Of a DNA stretch of 64,000 bases, positions 26,340 to 41,030 are shown one piece after another. Within the stretch, counting starts at the first letter, position 1. Every line of letters starts with the position of its first letter. Source of the DNA: Eledone cirrhosa (taxonomy: Eukaryota); NCBI GenBank assembly GCA_964016885.1, contig CAXHJY010001173.1, positions 124,001 through 188,000 of the forward strand, given 5' to 3'. The notes beneath the pieces are model-generated. The model made no database searches. It worked only from the letters and a program-made list of their open reading frames with translations, and had not been told where the DNA came from. The position numbers and the translations under genes were made by a program.

Positions 26340-29300
26340 ACAGGAAGGCTTTAGGAGTAAACCTTGTGGAAAATGTGGTGTCGGAGCCCCTAAGGCAGTT
26401 TGTCATTGTTGTGGCAGCTCCTGCAACAGTGCTGCTGCCAAACTGTAGCAGTTCCTTTGGACCCAGCAGCGTTGAGGAGAACGGCTGTATGTTGTATGGG
26501 CAACATCCGATCCTCCAAATCACATCGCCCACGTTTGCATCCAGCCACTCCATTCTACGCTGCACCACTCGTCAACACAACCTGCACCATACTTCTATGC
26601 TGCACCACTCGTCAACACAACCTGCACCATACTTCTATGCTGCACCACTCGTCAACACAACCTGCACCATACTTCTATGCTGCACCACTCGTCAACACAA
26701 CCTGCACCATATTTCTATGCTGCACCATACTTCTACGCTGCACCACTCGTCAACACAACCTGCACCATACTTCTACGCTGCACCACTCGTCAACACAACC
26801 TGCACCATACTTCTATGCTGCACCACTCGTCAACACAACCTGCACCATATTTCTATGCTGCACCATACTTCTACGCTGCACCACTCGTCAACACAACCTG
26901 CACCATACTTCTATGCTGCACCACTCGTCAACACAACCTGCACCATATTTCTATGCTGCACCATACTTCTATGCTGCACCACTCGTCAACACAACCTGCA
27001 CCATACTTCTACGCTGCATCACTCGTCAACACAACCTGCACCATATTTCTATGCTGCACCATACTTCTACGCTGCATCACTCGTCAACACAACCTGCACC
27101 ACTCGTCAACACAACCTGCACCATACTTCTACGCTGCATCACTCATCAACACAACCTGCACCATACTTCTACGCTGCATCACTCATCAACACAACCTGCA
27201 CCATACTTCTATGCTGCACCACTCGTCAACACAACCTGCACCATGCTTCTATGCTGCATCACTCATCAACACAACCTGCACCATACTTCTACGCTGCATC
27301 ACTCATCAACACAACCTGCACCATACTTCTACGCTGCATCACTCATCAACACAACCTGCACCATACTTCTATGCTGCATCACTCGTCAACACAACCTGCA
27401 CCATACTTCTATGCTGCACCATACTTCTACGCTGCATCACTCGTCAACACAACCTGCACCACTCGTCAACACAACCTGCACCATACTTCTACGCTGCATC
27501 ACTCGTCAACACAACCTGCACCACTCGTCAACACAACCTGCACCATACTTCTACGCTGCATCACTCATCAACACAACCTGCACCATACTTCTACGCTGCA
27601 TCACTCATCAACACAACCTGCACCATACTTCTACGCTGCATCACTCATCAACACAACCTGCACCATACTTCTACGCTGCATCACTCGTCAACACAACCTG
27701 CACCATATTTCTATGCTGCACCATACTTCTACGCTGCATCACTCGTCAACACAACCTGCACCATACTTCTACGCTGCATCACTCATCAACACAACCTGCA
27801 CCATATTTCTATGCTGCACCACTCGTCAACACAACCTGCACCATACTTCTACGCTGCACCATACTTCTATGCTGCACCACTCGTCAACACAACCTGCACC
27901 ATATTTCTATGCTGCACCACTCGTCAACACAACCTGCACCATATTTCTATGCTGCACCATACTTCTATGCTGCACCACTCGTCAACACAACCTGCACCAT
28001 ACTTCTATGCTGCATCACTCGTCAACACAACCTGCACCATACTTCTATGCTGCACCACTCGTCAACACAACCTGCACCATACTTCTACGCTGCATCACTC
28101 GTCAACACAACCTGCACCATACTTCTACGCTGCATCACTCATCAACACAACCTGCACCATATTTCTATGCTGCACCACTCGTCAACACAACCTGCACCAT
28201 ACTTCTACGCTGCATCACTCGTCAACACAACCTGCACCATACTTCTACGCTGCATCACTCATCAACACAACCTGCACCATATTTCTACGCTGCACCATGC
28301 TTCTATGCTGCATCACTCATCAACACAACCTGCACCATATTTCTACGCTGCACCATGCTTCTATGCTGCATCACTCATCAACACAACCTGCACCATATTT
28401 CTACGCTGCACCATACTTCTATGCTGCATCACTCGTCAACACAACCTGCACCATATTTCTATGCTGCACCATACTTCTATGCTGCATCACTCGTCAACAC
28501 AACCTGCACCATACTTCTACGCTGCATCACTCGTCAACACAACCTGCACCACTCGTCAATACAACCTGCACCATACTTCTACGCTGCATCACTCATCAAC
28601 ACAACCTGCACCATACTTCTACGCTGCATCACTCATCAACACAACCTGCACCATACACCTGGAGAGGACACTGCAACTTCACCTACAACGTGGACACAAC
28701 ACAGGGAGTAGCAGTTGCCGCTGATAAGCCTCCAATCATTTGGCATAAAACCAAGGTACCAGAGCTTGCTCCCGATGGTGCGAGAGATTTTCAGATCTCA
28801 TTGGACAGCTATTGCCCGCCTTAAACTGGTCAGCCCTCAGCCAGTGAGGTGCTGACCTGTCACAGTCTGCTTTCCTCATTGGGGGCATGAGGCTTAGGAT
28901 TCATGCGAACAGCAGACTGCAACCTTTACACCAGGTAAAACAACCAAGCAACAAAACTGGGAACATACTAAACATCAGTGATTTGACAGCATTTATGCCC
29001 CAACACTGTCCGCCACCTCAGACACAAAGGATAGGTTCTATGAGAACCTTGCATCCATTATCAGCAACATCCCCAACAGGGAACAACTCATTCTCCTTGG
29101 GGATTTCAATGTCAGAGAGGGTACAGATCGTGACTCATGGTCCCCCTGCCTTGGGCAGTTTGGTGTGGGGAAATTGAATGACAATGAATAGCACCTTCAC
29201 GATCTGTGCACTTATCATAGCCTGTACCTCACCAAGCTGCAACACAAGGTTTCCTGGAGACATCCACGCTCAAAACACTGGCACCAGCTGGACCTCATTC

Positions 29301-30212
29301 TCGTCAGACATACCACCATCAAGAACGTTCTCCATACACGCTCCTACCACAGTGCAGACTGTGAAACAGACCACTCCTTGGTGTGTTGCAAGATCAGGCT
29401 GCAACCGAGAAGATTTCATTGAGTCAATCCTTGATTTGATGTCAGCAAGATGTACCAACCAGAACTTGAAATGCAATTCATAGAGACTCTCAGGAAAGAG
29501 CTTCACACCTCTCAACCCGGGGACCCTGCCACAGATAAGTGGGAAATGCTGCGAAATATCATGCACAGCACAGCCTTGGCTACCTTTGGAAAGAGGGTTT
29601 CGAAGTCACATAACTGGTTTGAGGCCAAGTCCATCAGGATGATCCTTGTCATTGAAGCCAAGTGTGCTTCCCTAGCTAGTACAAACGATCGCCCAGCAAA
29701 AGGAACCCACAGATTCTCAGGGCTGCCAGAAGCAAGGTTCAACAGACTGCAAGGCACTGAGCTAATGAGTACTGGACACAGCTCAGTGAGGACATCCAGA
29801 CAGCTGCCGTAACAAGGAACATCAGAGGCATGTATGATGGCATGAAGAAGGCACTGGGACCGGTTCAGAGCAAGACAGCTCCCCTGAAACCCAACACTGG
29901 GGAAGTAATCCCTGACTGGGGCCAGCAGATAGAGAGATGGCCTTACAGCTGACCGGCCAAGATGGGAACACCCTGAATCAATGGCTCAAATCAGGGGAGG
30001 AGTGTTTGATGACTGCAACAGTAGACAGGAGAGCCCAGTGAAAGGAGCGCTATAGATCCAACAGACCAGAGACCATATACTGATGTGTTCAATGTGACAG
30101 AGACTGTCACCCACATATAGGTCTGTTTAGCCATCGGAGACACTACCCCAGCTGAGCTGACAACAGGATACTACCCATGGTCAGCCTTGATCAAAGGAGG
30201 CCTTAACTGAAC
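26340..30212 (+). mobile_element. RTE-clade LINE, internally deleted (no RT), with a minisatellite in its presumed 5' UTR
   Basis: APE motifs SIYAPT..KDRFYE..LLGDFN, SWRHPRSKHWHQLDLIL, SADCETDHSLV (about 28990-29410). Jumps after QQIERW (about 29940) to the C-terminal CVQCDRDCHPHIGLFSHRRH zinc finger. The 5' boundary is inferred. Confidence 0.85.
26555..28655. repeat. Modular minisatellite of 22-nt and 18-nt blocks (40-bp main period)
   Basis: A=TGCAYCACTCRTCAACACAACC and B=TGCACCATAYTTCTAYGC, arranged as AB, ABB and AA. Confidence 0.96.
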
Positions 30213-30249
30213 CTGTCATGTGAATTCCTTAACCATAATCCCATGTCTC

Positions 30250-32990
30250 TATCATCAGATCAGACGAAAGAAACAATGTTTCTATTGGTCTTTCTATTAC
30301 TGATACAATCTGTCAGTCACAACTCCTGACAGAAGAAAGGAGCTGATCATCAGATCAAACCAAAGAAACAATGTTTCTATTGGTCTTTCCATTACTGATA
30401 CTATCTGTCAGTCACAACTCCTGGCAGAAGAAAGGAGCTGATCATCAGATCAGACCAATGAAACAATGTTTCTATTGGTCTTTCTATTACTGATACTATC
30501 TGTCAGTCACAACTCCTGGCAGTAGAAAGGAGCTGATCATCAGATCAGACCAATGAAACAATGTTTCTATTGGTCTTTCTATTACTGATACTATCTGTCA
30601 GTCACAACTCCTGGCAGAAGAAAGGAGCTGATCATCAGATCAGACCAAAGAAACAATGTTTCCATTGGTCTTTCCATTACTGATACTATCTGTCAGTCAC
30701 AACTCCTGACAGAAGAAAGGAGCTGATCATCAGATCAGACCAAAGAAACAATATTTCTATTGGTCTTTCCATTACTGATACTATCTGTCAGTCACAACTC
30801 CTGGCAGAAGAAAGGAGCTGATCATCAGATCAGACCAAAGAAACAATGTTTCCATTGGTCTTTCCATTACTGATACTATCTGTCAGTCACAACTCCTGAC
30901 AGAAGAAAGGAGCTGATCATCAGATCAGACCAAAGAAACAATATTTCCATTGGTCTTTCTATTACTGATACTATCTGTCAGTCACAACTCCTGGCAGAAG
31001 AAAGGAGCTGATCATCAGATCAGACCAATGAAACAATGTTTCTATTGGTCTTTCTATTACTGATACTATCTGTCAGTCACAACTCCTGGCAGAAGAAAGG
31101 AGCTGATCATCAGATCAGACCAATGAAACAATGTTTCTATTGGTCTTTCTATTACTGATACTATCTGTCAGTCACAACTCCTGGCAGTAGAAAGGAGCTG
31201 ATCATCAGATCAGACCAATGAAACAATGTTTCTATTGGTCTTTCTATTACTGATACTATCTGTCAGTCACAACTCCTGGCAGAAGAAAGGAGCTGATCAT
31301 CAGATCAGACCAAAGAAACAATGTTTCCATTGGTCTTTCCATTACTGATACTATCTGTCAGTCACAACTCCTGACAGAAGAAAGGAGCTGATCATCAGAT
31401 CAGACCAAAGAAACAATATTTCTATTGGTCTTTCTATTACTGATACTATCTGTCAGTCACAACTCCTGGCAGAAGAAAGGAGCTGATCATCAGATCAAAC
31501 CAAAGAAACAATGTTTCTATTGGTATTTCCATTACTGATACTATCTGTCAGTCACATCTCCTGACAGAAGAAAGGAGCTGATCATCAGATCAGACCAAAG
31601 AAACAATATTTCTATTGGTCTTTCTATTACTGATACTATCTGTCAGTCACAACTCCTGGCAGAAGAAAGGAGCTGATCATCAGATCAGACCAAAGAAACA
31701 ATGTTTCCATTGGTCTTTCCATTACTGATACTATCTGTCAGTCACAACTCCTGACAGAAGAAAGGAGCTGATCATCAGATCAGACCAAAGAAACAATATT
31801 TCTATTGGTCTTTCCATTACTGATACTATCTGTCAGTCACAACTCCTGGCAGAAGAAAGGAGCTGATCATCAGATCAAACCAAAGAAACAATGTTTCTAT
31901 TGGTATTTCCATTACTGATACTATCTGTCAGTCACAACACCTGGCAGTAGAAAGGAACTGATCATCAGATCAGACCAAGGAAACAATGTTTCTATTGGTC
32001 TTTCCATTACTGATACTATCTGTCAGTCACAACTCCTGGCAGTAGAAAGGAGCTGATCATCAGATCAAACCAAAGAAACAATGTTTCTATTGGTCTTTCC
32101 ATTACTGATACTATCTGTCAGTCACAACTCCTGGCAGTAGAAAGGAGCTGATCATCAGATCAGACCAAAGAAACAATGTTTCTATTAGTCTTTCCATTAC
32201 TGATACTATCTGTCAGTCACAACTCCTGGCAGTAGAAAGGAGTTCATCATCAGATCAGACCAAAGAAACAATGTTTCTATTGGTCTTTCCATTACTGATA
32301 CAATCTGTCAGTCACAACTCCTGACAGAAGAAAGGAGCTGATCATCAGATCAGACCAAAGAAACAATGTTTCCATTGGTCTTTCCATTGTTGATACTATC
32401 TGTCAGTCACAACTCCTGGCAGAAGAAAGGAGCTGATCATCAGATCAGACCAAAGAAACAATGTTTCCATTGGTCTTTCCATTACTGATACTATCTGTCA
32501 GCACAACTCCTGGCAGAAGAAAGGAGCTGATCATCAGATCAAACCAAAGAAACAATGTTTCTATTGGTCTTTCCATTACTGATACTATCTGTCAGTCACA
32601 ACTACTGGCAGTAGAAAGGAGCTGATCATCAGATCAGACCAAAGAAACAATGTTTCTATTGGTATTTCCATTACTGATACTATCTGTCAGTCACAACTCC
32701 TGGCAGTAGAAAGGAGCTGATCATCAGATCAGACCAAAGAAACAATGTTTCTATTGGTCTTTCCATTACTGATACTATCTGTCAGTCACAGCACCTGGCA
32801 GAAGAAAGGAGCTGATCATCAGATCAGACCAAAGAAACAATGTTTCTATTGGTCTTTCCATTACTGATACTATCTGTCAGTCACAACTTCTGGCAGTAGA
32901 AAGGAGCTGATCATCAGATCAAACCAAAGAAACAATGTTTCTATTGGTCTTTCCATTACTGATACTATCTGTCAGTCAACTCCTGACAGA
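30250..32990. repeat. 95-bp tandem satellite, about 29 copies
   Basis: ATCATCAGATCAGACCAAAGAAACAATG... starts at 30441 and again at 30536. Confidence 0.97.
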
Positions 32991-33559
32991 TGAAGGTGGG
33001 ATTTCAATTCAGAAATATAAAGAATCAGAACAGACACCAGAAAACATCCTGTCGGAATCTTTAACAATGCTGTTGATTCATGGATTGGTGTTTTATTTAT
33101 TATATAACCCCAAAAAGAGAAAAGTAAAGTTGGGCACAATGTGATTTGAACTCAGAGCACAGTGAGTTGGAATAAATAACAAGGAATTTTAATCGAATAT
33201 CCTCATGGATCTGCCAATTTTCTGTCTTCAACCCACTTTTTGTAATCTAACACAGATATGACAAGAAATGAAAGATAACCTAATTAAGATAAAGGAAATG
33301 GGTGATAGTATTTATGCAAGAATGGTACAGTCCTAATCGTCCACCAACTGATACAATGGTACCACCCGTAACAAAGCTGTATTTTGAAGATAAAATTATA
33401 AAATAATACAACAGTTTGGCAGCAGAAATTTAACACCGAAATCGTGATAATTAATTCTGTATCCATTTGGGATCTTACCTCATTTATATGACCTGTCAAT
33501 ACACACACATACATACATACATACATACATACATACACACAAAAACATACAGAGACACA

Positions 33560-33832
33560 CAGTGTGTCACACACACAGAAACAAAATGGCGTAGGACAGA
33601 ACAAAGGGGAGGCACAAAAACAAAGAAAAGAATCCCCAGTCACTGAAGAGGTCCCAGAATGTGTGACGAAAGAACTTTGACAATATATAAACAACTATCT
33701 GGTTGTGGAACCAACCAACCAGAAATTTATAGATTTATTCCTAAATTTATAAATGTATTATAATAAATTGAAGTGAAAGCAACTGGTGCGTGTGTTTCTT
33801 ATTGGCAACATGACCCTCCCAAAGTATAACAA
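33560..33832 (+). mobile_element. Family C copy; hammerhead at 33639-33681
   Basis: Near-identical to 3375-3640, followed by about 1 kb of (TA)n/(TACA)n. Confidence 0.85.
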
Positions 33833-33841
33833 TATATATAC

Positions 33842-33936
<95 letters not shown>

Positions 33937-34191
33937 TATACATATATATATATACATATATATACATATATATACATACATATATATACATATATATATA
34001 TACATATATATACATACATATATATAAATATATATACATACATATATATACATATATATACATACATATATATACATATATATACATACATATATATACA
34101 AAAATATATATATATACATACACATATATATATATATACATATATATACATCTATATATACATATATATACATACATATATATATACAAAA

Positions 34192-34240
<49 letters not shown>

Positions 34241-34399
34241 TATACATCTATATATACATATATATACATACATATATATATACATACACATATATATATA
34301 CACACACATATATACATACACATATATATATATACATATATATACATACACATATATATACATACATATATATATATACATACACATATATATACATAC

Positions 34400-34516
<117 letters not shown>

Positions 34517-35049
34517 CATATATATATACATATATATATATATATACATATATATATTCACATATATATATATATATATATGTATGTATACATATATATA
34601 CATATATGTTCATATATATACATATATATACCTATATGTTCATATATATACATATATATATATACATATATCTACATATATATATATATACATATATGTT
34701 CATATATATACATATACATATACACATATATTTACATATATATATTTATATATAAACACATATACATATATCTACATATATATATATATACATATATATA
34801 TATTCACCATGGAAGTCCATTGTCACCCCACTTGTTGATCTACCCTGTGGCTCACATGAAATTCTCCTTCCAGTAATTATAACCTACCAAACAGCTGTCT
34901 CACCCTCCCTCTCTTGCAATGAACTTAACTATACAATTCAAACAGCCACCACCACCACCACCACACTGCCACTTCTTCTTTCCTTCTCTTACTTAATTCT
35001 TCATTTTCTCTTCCTTCTTCTGAAACATTTATACACCCCCCCCCCTCCC

Positions 35050-35605
35050 TTTTCTTCTCATGTTTTTTTATATATATTTACCTCAGCTGCGTCTGTCTGT
35101 TTCTCCTCTTACTGCTTCCCCGCTCTCTCTGTTTCTCTCACCTTCTTTCGCCCCCTCTGTCAGTTACACTTCCTCTCGACTGACCGCTTCCTCGCACTTC
35201 CACTCACTCACTCTCTGTTTCTCCCCTTCTCACTTCCTCCCGTTTGGCTAACAGTGGGTCTCTTCTTGCTTACATCTCACACACATCGACACGATCTGTA
35301 CCTCTCTCGCTCATGAAATCCACCCAGCTTATGCTGACCAGGACAACCATATTGCTTGTTTATTTTCCTATCTTCGGTTTGCTTTTATCCTTCTATGTTG
35401 TTTACTTGTCCCCCTCGCCTTACGCGAATTACTGGCCCCAATAACTTTTTTTAGTTATTGCTCGCACCAACCTGAGGTATCTGATTTTTAATGCGATGAA
35501 ATACCAATGATGGTTGGAAAATCACTGACGAAGGACTATTTTTATCATATGTAACCCATGTGCAAACCACACAGTATTCTTCTTTCTTCTCATGTTTTAT
35601 ATATC
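35050..35605 (+). mobile_element. Family F copy with kink-turn hairpin (35467-35517) and CTGACGA core (35525-35531)
   Basis: Colinear with 6795-7340; TTTCTTCTCATGTTTT at both ends. Confidence 0.75.
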
Positions 35606-35624
35606 ATTTCATCATCATCATTTC

Positions 35625-36104
<480 letters not shown>

Positions 36105-36250
36105 TATATATAAAAATCTGCCAAGAGTTTACGCATACCAGTATGCATACCAATTCTAACACATATATGTCCTAGAAACGATCGTTAAATAATGAACTTT
36201 TTTTGTTTAATATAAGGAGCTGTTTCATTGTTTTATTCATTATTTTTTTA

Positions 36251-36334
<84 letters not shown>

Positions 36335-36532
36335 AAAGGTTGTGCCTGACAGCTGAGATCACAGTTTCAAAGAGTTATCTATTTCCCATTGAAACCCTGT
36401 CAGCCCAGCTGTTACTCATTCTACTCTTTGCTCTACATGCACTCTCCTTTCACAAGTATTGCGTACTTAGCTGAAATGATTTTTTCCTGTCTGTCCTACT
36501 AGTCTAACTGGTAACTCACATTCCATTTCTCC

Positions 36533-36650
<118 letters not shown>

Positions 36651-36884
36651 GTGTGTGTTTTTAGGCTTCCATAAATACTAACGTTTTCCCCAAACATTTG
36701 AGTGCTTTTGTTTGCAATGTATATTTTTTCACTGCAATTCCTGGGCATGTAAAGTATAAATCTATTTGTGTTTAATCGATTCTGATGAATTTATATACTA
36801 ACAAGAAGGTAATATTTGTTAGTTTAACAAATCGGTTGTCAATTAATTAAATGATTAAATTTAAATCCTTATCTTGTTCTTTCA

Positions 36885-37227
36885 TCATTCATCATCATTT
36901 CATTTTACGTATACTTTTTCCCTGCTTGCAAGTGTGGGACGGGAACTGATTTTGGCTTGATTTCTACAGCTGGATGCCCTTCCTAACACCAACCTCATTT
37001 ACAGTGAGTGCTGGGTGCTTTTTTTGCCGTGGCACCTCTACGACCACTTTGCAGTGGAATGATATGGACCCCAGTCCCTATCATCTCATTTCTACAGCTG
37101 AGTAAACTGGAGCAATGTGAAATAAAGTGTCTTGCTCAAGGAAACAACAGATCACCCGGTCTGAGAATTGAACTCACAACCTTTCGATTGCAAGGCCAAT
37201 GCTCTAACCACTAAGCCATGTGCCTCC

Positions 37228-37228
<1 letters not shown>
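36885..37228 (-). mobile_element. SINE family 2, full length
   Basis: Highly similar to 35625-35950; another 5' fragment at 61283-61402 (+). Confidence 0.9.
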
Positions 37229-37261
<33 letters not shown>

Positions 37262-37275
37262 AGTAAGAATATTTG

Positions 37276-37330
<55 letters not shown>

Positions 37331-37964
37331 TAGAGAGAGAGAGAGAGAGCCATTCAAAAATTGTACCCATATAGGGCGATGATTTGAGACCTATATCAGG
37401 AGAAATCTGAAATAGGCATTCAAAGAGACATTTATACTGAAACGATAAAATAGTAAGTGTAATAAATGTTTCTACTTTAGGCACAAGGCCAGCAACTACC
37501 CAGTGCCTCACTGGTACTTTATTTTATCGACCCCGTAAGGATGAAAGGCAAAGTCAACCTCGGCGGGATTTGAACTCAGATCGTAAATGGACGTAACTAT
37601 GCTAGAAAGCATGGCGTCCGAGCCTCTACCGATACTACCAATCCACCGATGGAAGATATGAGCTCGGTGCACTCATTTGATCTGTCAAGCCTCAGGATGT
37701 GACAACTCATCTAACTGAGGCAATCATCAAGCTAGATGCAAAACTGATGATGATGATGATCTTTTACACACACTCACACACACACATATACTCGTTTTTG
37801 TTGGATCCCCCATTGGTTCCTACGACGAGTATTCTGATTTTATCCTCAATGGTACATCCTGCTCGGGAAATTAACTTTCAAATGGTTGAGTATTCCATAA
37901 ACACATATACACAATGATGAGCCATTAGCGATATTCAGAATAGCGTAGTTTAGCTTTTTTGAAT

Positions 37965-38460
37965 TCTTCTTCTTCTTTTCCTATCTTCGAAGCATGTGGT
38001 TATATGAGAGTTTCCCCATTTCTTTACACAGTCCTTTGCATTATTATTAAATTCTGCAAGATCTTTTAAGCTGCACTGGTTGGGTAGTAGAGGGCAAACA
38101 AGGCAGTGCTGCATCGTATGGTCCTCCTCTCCACATTAGCAGATGGTTGGGCCGCCGGTCTTGTAGCCCCATCTGGCCATAGCAGCTTTTGATCTCCCCA
38201 TTCCTGTTCTCAGGGGGTTGAGTGTCTTATGGTCCTCCTCTCCACATTCACAGATGGTTGGGCTGCCGGTCTTGTAGCCCCATCTGGCCATAGCAGCTTT
38301 TGATTACCCCATTCCTGTTCTCAGGGGGTTGAGTGTCTTCCACTGGACCCATGGTGCTTCTGAGCCAGGAGGGAGGGCTTCAGAAGGAGGGGAGGGGTTC
38401 CCATGTCAATAGGAGGGGAGTTATTCTCTAGCTTTCTAGTCCATAGCTGTAGTCTGGTTT
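37965..38460 (-). mobile_element. Non-LTR retrotransposon 3' end with CCHC knuckle (I/Nimb-group-like), internal duplication of about 110 bp
   Basis: LPPGSEAPWVQWKTLNPLRTGMG..MARWGY..C.CGEEDHTMQHCLVCP; (GAA)n tail. 38118-38228 is repeated at 38229-38339. Confidence 0.75.
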
Positions 38461-39603
38461 CTTTCTGTTTTTTGTTTTTTTTTAATTAGAGATACAACTA
38501 AATTTTCCAAACTAAGTAGACTGGATCAACATGAAATAAAGTGTGTTGCTGAAGGACACAACACATCAATGAGAATTAAACAGCCCACCATACTATCATG
38601 AGTCAAACACCTTTACCACTATGCAATACACCTTCACAATATATAAATTAGAGTGCATCAGAGACACATACAGCAACGATATATTTCAGCCAATAGTATT
38701 GATTTTTTTTTCTCCTTTTCTCTGTCTTATGAGTTCAAACCTTAGTATAGTTGAGACTCTGTAATTTCTTTGGATATCAATAAAATAAATAACACCAGTC
38801 TTTTATGGTTTAATCGGAAGGAAGAGGACAACAGCCTTATTCTGGGAATCTATAAAATGGATTTATGAACGTCTTTCACAAAACAATTGACCCTGTCCCT
38901 AAAATAAAATAGAATATATTTTGAAAAATCATAATGTATTGTATGACCATGAAATTATGTAAATGAAGAACATAGCTGTAACCATAGTAATATTTAAGCT
39001 GTAATCATAGTCACATTTAAAAATGAACTGCTGTACCCAACAACAGCACACCTGCACTCAAACACACCACACAAGTTCCCCCACCTCCTCATTAATAAAG
39101 TGAATGTTGTAGCCAATCAACAAAAAAAGTATCTATGTGGCTACATGACGTTAGAAAGAGCAGCCAAATCCCTCACTATATTTTAGTTTTTGTTCTGATT
39201 TTTAAAGGACGTATTTTATTGTCTTTTACTAGTTTCAATCATCAAACTGTCGACCATGTTCGGGAACTGCTTCTGATGGGTTTAGTCAATCATATTGAAC
39301 TGCCAGTACTTCTTGATTACTTTTAGTCAAAAAAGTTATGGGATAGAAGCACCAAACACTCACACACATATACAAATGTGACAGTGGCTATATTTATGTA
39401 CTGACCCCGTTTAACCCTTATTAGCAGGGAAAATGTACATTAAATGATGATATATATATATCTAACCTCCCAGACTTCCCTCTTTTTCTCCTAACTTCGC
39501 TATTTCTTGAAGAAAGACTTATGTCTGATACATTAAAACCCTCATTTACGTCTTCCCAAACATGAACCTAATAAGACTTTGTGTTTTCTTGCTTATTCTT
39601 TAA

Positions 39604-39809
39604 CCCTTTAGCATTTACATTACTTTATATATACTATTGTTGTGGTATAGGCTTTATCTTATATAATTATCTCAGATAATACCGAATCTATAAGATTTTG
39701 ATGTTATTTATTTTGAGAATAATACCTAAACATCAGTATGAGTGGGCAGTTATGGCTAGTTTGATTAGACAGAGGTGAGATAATTATGGCTGGTTTAAGT
39801 GCTAAAGGG
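39604..39809. mobile_element. piggyBac-type MITE
   Basis: TTAA|CCCTTTAGCATTTA ... TAAGTGCTAAAGGG|TTAA. Decayed relatives at 46885-47087, 47110-47345 and ending near 23363. Confidence 0.8.
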
Positions 39810-40224
39810 TTAACTATACATAAAGATATATTGCTTAACCATACAGCCATGTATGCATCTATATCTACAAGGTTCCATAAAGGAGAAAGAGGGGCAATAG
39901 ACAAAAGAGAGAAAGAGTGAGTGTATGTGAGACAGGGAGAAAGGGGGATTCGTAAAGCAGAAGGAAAGGTCAAGGACAAAAGAAGGCAAGAAAGGGAGAA
40001 AAAGAAAATAGACTTGAAAAATATACAATTGTCACCTTCCTATTTTAAGGCAGTAAGGTGTGGTTTAAGGGAATTTGACAGCTATTTCTAGCAGGTAAAA
40101 CGACTATATAGCGATTCCTTCATTTGCTGGTGGTGTGAGTACAGAGTACTTTTCTCCAGTTTCAATACCTAAAGCTATACACACATCTACATGCACATAT
40201 GTGTGTGTGTTTATTATAAGTACA

Positions 40225-41030
40225 GATTAAAGTTTAAGCAAATAATCTCTGCTTTCACCCTTTTATTATTATTACTATTTGGCGCCTTCGGTTGAGCATT
40301 CTTTAGACTTTGAACCAATATGCAAAAACATCTTAATATTTCTACGAAAATTATTCTAAACCTACCAGGAAGACGAATTTAAAAATACTCATTCAAAAGA
40401 CAGATTCATTCCTTAAAAGCATACGTTGGCGCGCCTTCTATTTCGACAACCATGATAAGTTTGATTTTAAAACATACAATAACATTCCTAGCCACCCAGC
40501 TTTGTTACCTTTCGAAAACGAAGTACTGGAACTCATACGGAGAATCAAATTTCGAAACAGAAACAATTCCTTCCAACATGACTTGAAGAATAGAATTCGA
40601 CTGATAAAGGATTCTAATGCAATGCATGTCCACTCTGACAAAACTGGTAATCTATACCAAGTAGAGAGGAGAACTTGCCATGAACTGCTACATAACGCTG
40701 TGACCAAGGATTACCGACAAACTGATCGGAGTGTTATTAACGGCATATACGACGCTGATTTAAAAATTACTTCAGAACTTAACATCAATGACCGGACTGA
40801 ACCTCTGGACCCTATTTCTCTTAATTTTACTCTCAAGGATCATAAACCAAATTTCGTTAACAACCCATCTATTTGGCTTATTAACCCTACTAAATCTGAT
40901 TTATGTAGACTTAGTGAAATAAATTGTATAGAACTTTCTTGTATTACAGCCCCACATTATATCCTAATGGATAGTACGGACAATACACGGATAATATACG
41001 TCATGATGTGGTAGCTAAGAATACTCTAAC
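40225..41030 (+). mobile_element. YRDD-type PLE deletion derivative: N-terminal region joined directly to the 3' end
   Basis: IRWRAFYF..LLPFENE..HSDKTGNLY..TLKDHKPNF..LINPTKSDL, then from about 40915 sequence matching 2625-2735. Confidence 0.85.

Noticed and set aside
26366-28824. Three overlapping ORFs of 715-781 aa
   Set aside because: Stop-free minisatellite; the same peptides appear in all three frames.
30250-32990. Satellite-encoded hammerhead on the minus strand (CTGATGA followed by an 8-bp stem)
   Set aside because: The stem is followed by TGACT rather than GAAA, and no NUH/stem I register fits; the motif arises at the unit junction.
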